Shown one piece after another: positions 36,311-44,400 of a DNA stretch of 64,000 bases. This DNA is from Pirellulales bacterium (GTDB lineage: Bacteria; Planctomycetota; Planctomycetia; Pirellulales; JAICIG01). The notes beneath the pieces are model-generated. The model did not search any database. It saw only the letters and a program-made list of their open reading frames with translations, and was not told the origin of the DNA. The stretch is from the NCBI GenBank assembly GCA_035550375.1, contig DASZPH010000038.1, forward strand, positions 90,667 through 154,666, given 5' to 3'. The position numbers and the translations under genes were made by a program. Positions within the stretch are counted from its first letter, which is position 1. Every line of letters starts with the position of its first letter.

Positions 36311-36756
36311 TCCCGACATCACAACATCAAGACGACATGATCGAGAGCGGTACGCCCACGATCCTGTGCATCGACGACGACCTCGACGTGCTCGGTGCGG
36401 TCGAATTGCGGATGCGCGAGTTCGACGTGAACCTGGTACGGGCCTTTGACGGCATGGAGGGCTTCGGCGAAGCCGTAACCTGCAAGCCCGACGTAATTGT
36501 CATGGATCTGGATATGCCGTACGGCGACGGCATGACCATGCTCGAATGTTTTCGACGCGATCCCGACACGGAGAAGACGCCGGTGATCATTCTCACCGGG
36601 CTGAACGATCCGACATTGAAGCAGAGGATGATCGATATGGGCGCCAACCAGTTTCTGCGGAAGCCGGTCCGATTCGACGACCTCAAGCAGGAACTGGAGC
36701 AATTCATCTCGCTCCGGCCTCGCGAACACGCCGTCCCGACCGCCGCCGACAAGTAA
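36307..36756 (+). CDS. single-domain response regulator
   Basis: ILCIDDDLD, IVMDLDMPYGDG, ILTGLND, LRKP. ATGA overlap with the upstream RR gene. Confidence 0.85.
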   Translation: MIPTSQHQDDMIESGTPTILCIDDDLDVLGAVELRMREFDVNLVRAFDGMEGFGEAVTCKPDVIVMDLDMPYGDGMTMLECFRRDPDTEKTPVIILTGLNDPTLKQRMIDMGANQFLRKPVRFDDLKQELEQFISLRPREHAVPTAADK

Positions 36757-36786
36757 GTGCGACCGACCGCGAGGAGGGCTTTTTCC

Positions 36787-37692
36787 ATGACCAAGAACAA
36801 ACTCGTTCTGATCGCGGACGATGACGAAAACGTGGTCGACGTGGTGGCGCGGCGTTGCGAAGCGCTGGGCCTGCGAGTCGAGCGGGCATACGACGGCAAG
36901 TCGGCGATAGAAAAAGCCATGACGTACGAAGCCGATCTGATCGTGCTGGACGTGAACATGCCGGGCGGATCAGGACTGACCGTGTGCGAGATGCTCTCGC
37001 GCGACGCGCACCTGAAGTCGAGTCCCGTAATCATGCTCACCGGACGCAAGGACGCGCAGACGGTCCGCTCGTGCAACGACCTGCTTGCGTACTATGTGCC
37101 GAAGGGGGCGGATATGTGGGCTCGCCTGGAGCCAGTGATGGAAGAGTTGCTCGATCTGGGCCGGGGCCGGACGGCCCACCCATCGCAGGACGTGCTGTGT
37201 GTCGGCGACGTCATAGTCGCCGCGGCAACTGGAAGAAACTGCGAGGATCAAACGGGTGGCCCGCTGCCGGATGGCGAATTGGCTCCCGCATGGGTCCTGT
37301 GCGTCGACGACGATCGCGAATTTGTCGAGTCGCTGAAATGGCGTCTTGGGCAACACGGGGTCGAGGTCGCCCAGGCGTTCGCCGGCATGGCCGGCTATCG
37401 GGCAGCCTTCACCACGCGCGCGGGGGCGATCCTCCTCGATCAGGACATGCCCGACGGCAATGGTGAATACATCCTGCGACGGCTCAAGGAAAACATCGTC
37501 ACGCGAGATATACCGGTGCTCGTCGTCACCGGATCGCGCGACCGGATGTTGGAGCGCAAAATGTACAATCTGGGGGCGGCCGGCTATTTTACCAAGCCGG
37601 TCGTCTGGGATGAGTTGTGGTCCAAGCTGCGGTGCTACTTGGACGTTAGATCAGACAAGTCGGCCCCCGTCTTGCAGGCCGCCGAGGAGTAG
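36787..37692 (+). CDS. tandem-receiver protein (REC-REC, no output domain)
   Basis: REC1: LIADDDEN, IVLDVNMPGGSG, MLTGRKD. REC2: LCVDDDRE, ILLDQDMPDGNG, VVTGSRD, FTKP. ATG 36787 (MTKNKLV) is preferred over the longest-ORF start at 36757. Confidence 0.85.
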   Translation: MTKNKLVLIADDDENVVDVVARRCEALGLRVERAYDGKSAIEKAMTYEADLIVLDVNMPGGSGLTVCEMLSRDAHLKSSPVIMLTGRKDAQTVRSCNDLLAYYVPKGADMWARLEPVMEELLDLGRGRTAHPSQDVLCVGDVIVAAATGRNCEDQTGGPLPDGELAPAWVLCVDDDREFVESLKWRLGQHGVEVAQAFAGMAGYRAAFTTRAGAILLDQDMPDGNGEYILRRLKENIVTRDIPVLVVTGSRDRMLERKMYNLGAAGYFTKPVVWDELWSKLRCYLDVRSDKSAPVLQAAEE

Positions 37693-37853
37693 GCGGATTC
37701 TTCCCCTCATCCTTCGGGCTCCTTGGGCTAGGATGAGTTGGGCGACGGTTTCGCTCACCGGTCCCTTTCGCCTGCGACACCGGGAAAACGTCTTGCTCGG
37801 CGTTGCTTTGGCAACTCGACGAGCACTGGAAAGGCGTCGGCCGACACTCGCTC

Positions 37854-39482
37854 TCACGCGCCGGCGAGCGCTGGTTGATCGAGCGCGCCTTTAGCACAGT
37901 CTAGCGCTTGTCGCACGCTCGCCAGCAGTACGTCGGGGTCGAAGGGCTTTTCGATGAGCTGCACGCCCGCTTCAACCAGAAATCGAACCTCTCCGGTTTC
38001 CGGGGCGTAGCCGCTGCAGAACAGAACCGGCAGCGACTTGTTGCTTCGCTTGATATGCTCGTAGACGTCACGCCCGTTCAAATTCGGCATGACCGCGTCG
38101 AGCAGGGCCAGATCGATGGCGTCTTGATTCGCGTCAAACAGTCGTACGGCTTCTGCGCCATCCGAGGCGGCGATTACCGAGTAGCCGGCCTGGGACAGCA
38201 TTCGCGTCGCCAGTGCTCGCACCATCGGCTCGTCCTCTGCCAGCAAAATGGTTTCGCCCTCGTCATGCCTGGTTACGCCCTCGCCAGCTTCCTCGCCGCC
38301 GCCGAGTCTTTCACCCGCTTCGGCCGGCGCGCCTAGGGGCAGGTAGATCTTGAAGTTGGTGCCCACCCTCGGCTCGGAAAAGACGTGAATCAGGCCGCCG
38401 TGCTGCTGCACGATACCGTATACGGACGCCAAGGCCCGCCCCCGGCCGTCCCTCGCCTCGTTCGACGCGAAGAACGGGTCGAACAGCCGCCCTCGTTCCT
38501 CCAGAGGGACTCCGCATCCGGTGTCGGCTACGGACAAGAGCAGGTAGGTTCCCGGCTGGGCGAGCGGATGAAACTGGCAGAAGTGTTCGCCCAGCTCGAC
38601 GCGCTCGGTTCGCAGCATGAGCGTGCCTCCATCGGGCATGGAGTCCCGAGCGTTCAGGCAGAGATCCAGCAACGCCTGGTGCAGCAATTCCGGGTCCGCC
38701 GAAAACGAACCGACATCGGCCGCCAGGTCGGTTTCGAGTTCGATGCGATGGTCGAGCAGGGGCTTCAGCACTTCAATCAGCCGGGCCGCAAACTTGCCCG
38801 AATAGATCGCCTGACGATGGATCGCGAGCCGCGGGCTGAAACCCTGCAATTGTCGCGTGAGGGCGGCCGCACGATCCGACGCGTTCATCACCTGTTCCAG
38901 ATCCTGATAGCGCTGATCGTCGACCGGCAGCCCCTCCATGGCATAGCGGGTGTAGCCCCGGATCACCTGCAACAGGTTGTTGAAAACGTGAGCGATTCCG
39001 CTGGCGAGCGATCCGGCCGTCTCCAGCCGCTGAGACTCCGCAGGCCGCTCGACCCCGCGCGGCGCTGGCGAGGCAGCCGAATACCGTCGCCGCTGCGTGG
39101 CTTCTTGCAGCGCCGCATCGAGCGCCCCGTCGGAGAGCTCACCCCAGGACAAAACGGCAAGGGCGCCCCGTGCGAGCGCGGTCTCCCTCGTCGCGTCGTC
39201 TGATTCGGCGACCACCAACACGATGGAGATCGAAGGATCTGCTTGCCGCAAGGCGGCCAGCGTCGCCCGATTGTTGCCGTTTCCCAACTGGGCGTCCAGG
39301 ACAACGACGTCGCACGATTGGCCGGACAGATACCCCAGAACGGCCGTTAGGCTGCCGGCCCGCACGAAATCGCAGCCGCTTTGCGTCGACGCCGCGCTCA
39401 AGAGAAGCGCCTGCCGAGCGTCGTCGGCGGCGGCGAAGACGATGCGCAAAGGCACGTCGGCGAAAGGTCGTTCCTGCTGCAT
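37854..39482 (-). CDS. hybrid histidine kinase (degenerate REC-like N-terminus, HisKA, HATPase, REC)
   Basis: H-box ASGIAHVFNNLLQVIRGY and G-box DTGCGVP. C-terminal REC ([26 protein letters not shown]). The N-terminal 120 aa are receiver-shaped but lack the conserved Lys. Confidence 0.85.
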   Translation of the reverse strand: MQQERPFADVPLRIVFAAADDARQALLLSAASTQSGCDFVRAGSLTAVLGYLSGQSCDVVVLDAQLGNGNNRATLAALRQADPSISIVLVVAESDDATRETALARGALAVLSWGELSDGALDAALQEATQRRRYSAASPAPRGVERPAESQRLETAGSLASGIAHVFNNLLQVIRGYTRYAMEGLPVDDQRYQDLEQVMNASDRAAALTRQLQGFSPRLAIHRQAIYSGKFAARLIEVLKPLLDHRIELETDLAADVGSFSADPELLHQALLDLCLNARDSMPDGGTLMLRTERVELGEHFCQFHPLAQPGTYLLLSVADTGCGVPLEERGRLFDPFFASNEARDGRGRALASVYGIVQQHGGLIHVFSEPRVGTNFKIYLPLGAPAEAGERLGGGEEAGEGVTRHDEGETILLAEDEPMVRALATRMLSQAGYSVIAASDGAEAVRLFDANQDAIDLALLDAVMPNLNGRDVYEHIKRSNKSLPVLFCSGYAPETGEVRFLVEAGVQLIEKPFDPDVLLASVRQALDCAKGALDQPALAGA

Positions 39483-39703
39483 TCTGACGCCCCCAGTTCG
39501 TCCCCTTTGACGGTCGCGTTAAGGAAGTATAGTCGCGCATGAGCTGTCGCTGCCTTGCGCCCTCGCGCTGGTCTCTGCATGAGTGTGAACAGCGGCCGCC
39601 GCCTGCGAGAAGGTAGAAATGAGCAACAGCTTCGCGCGCCGGACGGCGGCGGTGCGATGGCGGTCAGGGCGAACCGAGGCGACGTTGAGGGGCCAACCAC
39701 CAG

Positions 39704-40360
39704 ATGAAGATTCTGATCGTCGCGGATGCGGCCCCGATTCTGTTCACGCTGGAGCAGTTCCTCACCGAGCAGGGCTACGCCACCGTTGCGTCGAAGTCGG
39801 CCGATGATGCCCTGGAGAAGCTGGCCGGCGATCCTTCGATCCGGCTCGTCTTATGCGACTTGCTCCTGCGCAACACGAACGGTATTCAGCTCTGCAATGC
39901 CGCCAACCAGATTACGCACCTTGGCGACGACGGAGTGCTGCCGCCTCCTAAATTCATCTTTATGGCCGCTCCCGCCATTGGCGGCGGGGAGCACGACGAG
40001 CGGCTGCGCACCGAAGGCCGATTGCTTTCCGACGGAGAAGTGATTCAAAAGCCGATCGACCGGATTGAGTTGCTCGGCAGGATCCGCGATCTGGCCCAAC
40101 CTTCGCGGCCGAGGCGTCCAGCCCCTCGACGCGAAATGGAATCTGCGGACGAGGCGCTCCACGACGAGGCGTCGCCGGCCCTCTTGGGACAGATCACCGA
40201 CGATCACAAAAGCATGAACGAGCGTCTCAGCGCGCTTGAGTCCAGCCATCGTCAGATTCGCGGGCGCCTGCAGCAGATTGAAAAACGCCTGGGCAGGCTC
40301 GACGATCGCAGGCGGCGGGCCCGATCGCAGGCGCCGCAGGTTGAGAACAAAGCACCCTGA
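39704..40360 (+). CDS. receiver-like protein with C-terminal coiled coil
   Basis: The REC scaffold has the phospho-Asp position present (LVLCDLLL). The acidic pocket is VADAA instead of DD(D/E), and MAAP stands where T/S is expected. The C-terminus has heptad-like sequence LSALESSHRQIRGRLQQIEKRLGRL. Confidence 0.7.
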   Translation: MKILIVADAAPILFTLEQFLTEQGYATVASKSADDALEKLAGDPSIRLVLCDLLLRNTNGIQLCNAANQITHLGDDGVLPPPKFIFMAAPAIGGGEHDERLRTEGRLLSDGEVIQKPIDRIELLGRIRDLAQPSRPRRPAPRREMESADEALHDEASPALLGQITDDHKSMNERLSALESSHRQIRGRLQQIEKRLGRLDDRRRRARSQAPQVENKAP

Positions 40361-40425
40361 TCCGCGAAGGACGACCGCCCCAAGGCTCTCCATCGAACGG
40401 TTATTGCCGCCTCTCCCGCCCCACC

Positions 40426-41079
40426 TTACCGCCCGATCACTTGCAGGACGGGGGCCGACCGAACCCTGCCTGGCCGGCCCGCTGCCGCCACCGCCATCGC
40501 CAGCGATGCCATGGAGTCGACCTCCAACCGCTCGTAAACCGCGGACCGGCGAAACTGCACGGTGCGCACGCTGACTCCCAGACGCTTGGCAATCGTTTTG
40601 CTTGGAATGTTGTCCAGCATCATTTCCATCACGCACCGTTCGTCGTCGCTCAGTGCGTCCAGCTTCGCCAGAATGTCGTTCGTTTGCGATGCTTCGGCCC
40701 TCACCAACTCGTCATGTGCCAAGGCGTTCTTCAACGTTTCCCACAGCTCGTGGCCCCGACACGGCTTTTCGAGGAAGGCAAACACGCCCTTCTTTAGCGC
40801 GGCGACCGCCAGCGGGATGTCGCCGTAACCCGTGACCATTACGACCGGCAGCAGAATTCGCCTAGCGTTCAGCTCGTCGACGACCTCCATTCCATTCATC
40901 CCCGGCATGCGCATGTCGAGGACAACGCAACCAGGCATTTCTCCTGTACATTTTGCCAGGAATGCTTCACCGCGATGAAACGGCAAAACGGGAACGCGTA
41001 ACGTCTCGGCAATAGCCGCGATCGCTTCGCGGCTGCCTTGGTCGTCGTCGACGACGAACACGGAAGGAAGGCTCGCCAT
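40426..41079 (-). CDS. FixJ/LuxR-family response regulator
   Basis: ATG 41079 (MASLPSVFVVDDDQG). VVLDMRMPGMNG, LEKP. HTH: LSDDERCVMEMMLDNIPSKTIAKRLGVSVRTVQFRRSAVYERL. The longest ORF (to 41340) adds an implausible 87-aa leader. Confidence 0.85.
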   Translation of the reverse strand: MASLPSVFVVDDDQGSREAIAAIAETLRVPVLPFHRGEAFLAKCTGEMPGCVVLDMRMPGMNGMEVVDELNARRILLPVVMVTGYGDIPLAVAALKKGVFAFLEKPCRGHELWETLKNALAHDELVRAEASQTNDILAKLDALSDDERCVMEMMLDNIPSKTIAKRLGVSVRTVQFRRSAVYERLEVDSMASLAMAVAAAGRPGRVRSAPVLQVIGR

Positions 41080-41518
41080 GGCCCTGTACTCCGCCTTACA
41101 TGGTCGTGTGCGTGCCCCGCACCCAAAACGGGCAAGCAACCGTGGTCGATCGCCTGCCTTGCAGCGTTCGATGGATTCGCAGTTTCGCGTGCCGCAATCA
41201 AACGCGAAGGGCGTTTCGCTTACGTTTATCGGGGGGAGACGAGTTCCCACTTTACGCTCGGAGAGAGGGGAAATGCCCTTGGGCGTTTCCGCGCGATAAG
41301 TCACGCGCCTCCTTGCAAGTTCTGATCCGAAACCGCACACTCCTTTCGCTCCGAGTCTTGCCTGGAAAACGCAACGTCACATCCTTCGCACTCGATGGGG
41401 AACTCGCCATTGCGCCCGCGCGCATTCGGCTGCCCTGACACGTAAGGAGGCCCTTTCACCCGGTGTGTCATAATGAAAATGATTACGCGAACCTCTTCCT
41501 TCCAAGGAACGACGCGGG

Positions 41519-42139
41519 ATGACGGTACCAACTGTTTTTGTGGTCGACGGCGAGCACGATGCACGACAATCGACGTACGAGTTACTGCGGGCGAATGGCC
41601 ACGCGGTGACCCTTTTCTCGACACCGGGTGCTTTTGATCAGGCTTACAGCCCTGGCGAGGCGGGGTGCCTGGTGCTCGACATCTCGCTTCCGAACCTTAG
41701 CGGTCTGGCACTACTGCAGAGTCTGTCGCGGCGCAGCATCGGACTGCCCGTAATTGCCGTCAGCGGCGAGGCCACAACGCGCATGGCCGTCGATGCCATC
41801 AAACAGGGCGCGATGGAATTCATCGAGAAGCCCATCTGCCCGGTCACCCTGTTGGCACAGGTTCGCTATGCCCTCGACCGTGACGCGGAGAACCGCGAAC
41901 GAGAGGCTCGCATCGCGCTCACCCGGCAGCGATTGGCGACTCTGACGATGCGCGAACGCGAGGTTTTCGACTTACTCGTTGCCGCCTGGTCGCCCAAGCA
42001 AATCGCCGCACGACTCGGCATCAGCCCAAAAACCAGCGACGTCCACCGTGCGCGCGTCCTGGCTAAGATGCACGTCGAGAGCGTCGTGAAGTTGGCACGC
42101 GTCGCGCACCGTGTCGGTCTGCTGCAGGAAGCGGAGTAG
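41519..42139 (+). CDS. FixJ/LuxR-family response regulator
   Basis: VFVVDGEHD, LVLDISLPNLSG, IEKP. HTH: LTMREREVFDLLVAAWSPKQIAARLGISPKTSDVHRARVLAKM. Confidence 0.85.
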   Translation: MTVPTVFVVDGEHDARQSTYELLRANGHAVTLFSTPGAFDQAYSPGEAGCLVLDISLPNLSGLALLQSLSRRSIGLPVIAVSGEATTRMAVDAIKQGAMEFIEKPICPVTLLAQVRYALDRDAENREREARIALTRQRLATLTMREREVFDLLVAAWSPKQIAARLGISPKTSDVHRARVLAKMHVESVVKLARVAHRVGLLQEAE

Positions 42140-42183
42140 CAGGTATCTCGCCGGCCGTTTCCTCACCCGGGCACACCGGCGTC

Positions 42184-44079
42184 TTAGACGGCATGGGGTG
42201 CATTGAGGACCTCGCGCACGATGCGCAACAAGACTTCGGGATCATAAGGCTTTGCGACTAGAGTCACCCCCTGGCCAATCAGCGATTTGATCTGGGCCCG
42301 CTCGGGGTGGTAGCCACTGCAGAAAATCACGGGCAGTTCGGGCTTGGCCAGTTTGATGCGATGGTACACCTCCGGGCCGCTCAGTTTCGGCATGACCGCG
42401 TCGAGTAGCGCCAGGGAGATACTCTCCGCCTGATCCTTGAACGTTTCTACCGCCTCATTGCCATCACATGCAATTACCACCCTGTATCCCGCGCCGGTGA
42501 GAACCCGAACCGCCACGTCCCGCAGCATCGGCTCGTCTTCAGCGACCAAAATCGTCTCTGTGCCTCCCAAGGCGGGCGCCGATTCCTCTTGCTCCGTTTC
42601 CGCAGCAAGACCCTTGCCGACGGGCAGGTAGATTTTAATGGTTGTGCCTAGTCCGACCTGGCTGTCGACGACGATCGAGCCTTCATGTTGTTGGACGACG
42701 CCGTAGACCATCGCCAGCCCCAGACCCGTTCCGCGACCGACCTCCTTGGTCGTGAAGAAGGGCTCGAAGATTTTTGCCTGGACGTCGGGAGACATGCCAA
42801 GCCCGCTGTCAACAACCGAGAAGAGGACGTACGAACCCGGCTTGGCCACGCAATGACGCTCGCACTCCTCGGCGGCAAGCTCCACTCGCTGGGTCGCGAG
42901 GGTCAGCCGTCCTCCTTTGGGCATGGCATCGCGTGCGTTGATGCACAGGTTCAGCAGCATCTGATGAAGCAAATCCGGATCGGCATAAACCGAGTTGGCC
43001 CTCTTGTCCAAGCGGAGATTAAGGTCGATTTGTTCTCCGATCAGCGGGCGCAGCAGCCTCACCAGGTCGGTCACGACCTCTTGGGGGTCGCAGATGGTCC
43101 GCTTAAGCACCTGGCGACGACTGAAGCCCAGGAGCTGGCGGGTCAGCTTAATGGCCCGGTCGGTCGCCTTGATCACCTGGGCCAGATCCTGGTAGCGCTG
43201 GTGGGAGGGCGATAGTCCGTCCATGCCGAACTTGGTGTACCCGCGTATGGCTTGCAGCAGGTTGTTGAACTCGTGGGCGATGCCCCCCGCCAGTTGCCCG
43301 ACGGACTCCAGCTTTTGTGCCTGGCGGAATTGCTCGTCCCGCCGTCTGAGGTCGGCCTCAACCTTGTTGCGCTCGGCGATTTCGTCGCGGAGCCGCTGAT
43401 TCTGGAGCAGCACCTTCTTCTCGGCACGGCGATACGCGGTCTGGGCGCGCACCTGGCGGACGGCAAGCTGCTGCATAACGAAAACGCTCCGCCGAATGAA
43501 TAACAAGAGGAAGAAATCTTCGCAGCAAGCCCAGGCCGTGTGTTCTAACGCCCGCCACGCGGCCGGGGCGGACGTTCCGAATACAGACTGAGGGTACAAA
43601 GTCCCCCGGATAATGTGGTCGAGCGCCACGACAAGCGTTCCCGCGATCAATACGGACCAGCGGCGATAGGAGGCGAGCAATGCCAGCGAGGCGAACACGT
43701 GGAAGTGTGTTTCGATCCGTCCGCCCGTGAGGTGGATGAGCAATGCCGACCAGAGCATCTGGGCAATCGCGTTGATGTGGCGCGTCAGCCCCGAACCGGC
43801 GTGAACCAGCGACATGTACGCGGGGAACAGCGTCAGCGCGCCGCCCAGGAAGATCGCGGCGAAAACGTGCAGATGTATGGAGCTCTCCGTGCCTTCCCAG
43901 GCTCGGGGAGAATAGCGGAAGGCCAGGACGATCGCCAGCAGCCATTGGACGACCATAACCTTTGCCACGATCCAATCGGTGCGGCGAGCGGTCGCCTGCA
44001 ACTGGTGATCGACGAGGCCGTCGGCCTGCCGGCGCCTCGCAGATCGTTCGTTGTTCGTCGCTTTCGACAGCGAGACCAT
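42184..44079 (-). CDS. membrane hybrid histidine kinase (His-rich multi-TM module, HisKA, HATPase, REC)
   Basis: The N-terminal TM module is paralogous to that of 20461..22452 ([16 protein letters not shown]). H-box [19 protein letters not shown]-boxes DSGLGMS and [14 protein letters not shown]-terminal REC ([26 protein letters not shown]). Confidence 0.85.
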   Translation of the reverse strand: MVSLSKATNNERSARRRQADGLVDHQLQATARRTDWIVAKVMVVQWLLAIVLAFRYSPRAWEGTESSIHLHVFAAIFLGGALTLFPAYMSLVHAGSGLTRHINAIAQMLWSALLIHLTGGRIETHFHVFASLALLASYRRWSVLIAGTLVVALDHIIRGTLYPQSVFGTSAPAAWRALEHTAWACCEDFFLLLFIRRSVFVMQQLAVRQVRAQTAYRRAEKKVLLQNQRLRDEIAERNKVEADLRRRDEQFRQAQKLESVGQLAGGIAHEFNNLLQAIRGYTKFGMDGLSPSHQRYQDLAQVIKATDRAIKLTRQLLGFSRRQVLKRTICDPQEVVTDLVRLLRPLIGEQIDLNLRLDKRANSVYADPDLLHQMLLNLCINARDAMPKGGRLTLATQRVELAAEECERHCVAKPGSYVLFSVVDSGLGMSPDVQAKIFEPFFTTKEVGRGTGLGLAMVYGVVQQHEGSIVVDSQVGLGTTIKIYLPVGKGLAAETEQEESAPALGGTETILVAEDEPMLRDVAVRVLTGAGYRVVIACDGNEAVETFKDQAESISLALLDAVMPKLSGPEVYHRIKLAKPELPVIFCSGYHPERAQIKSLIGQGVTLVAKPYDPEVLLRIVREVLNAPHAV

Positions 44080-44300
44080 GGCGCGTTGTTCTCTTGCGTC
44101 GTGGCGGTATTCGCAGAGCGCCTCAGCATCTGGGCGCCCCGGTTGATCTGAGCAAATCTAGTCGCGCTGCGAAGGGCGCCGTACTGCGTCTTGGCGCAAA
44201 GTGCTTCGTCGAGGTGATGCCCCAGACGCGGGGAGATGGGGCCTTTCCGAGAACCGGCGTTGTGGCGGCAGCCCACGCTTGCCCGCCGGATAGGCTCTAT

Positions 44301-44343
44301 CAAAAGAAAAACGGCGGCCCGATTCCTCGTGAATCGGGCCGCC
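44301..44343 (-). terminator. rho-independent terminator of the YTV-repeat gene
   Basis: On the minus strand: GGCGGCCCGATTC-acgag-GAATCGGGCCGCC, a perfect 13-bp stem, followed by GTTTTTCTTTTG. It lies 58 nt downstream of the stop codon. Confidence 0.8.
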
Positions 44344-44400
44344 GCGGGCTGGCGAGACCAGGCGCTCCGCTGAATCCTCAGCAGGAGTAGTACTGCCTCC

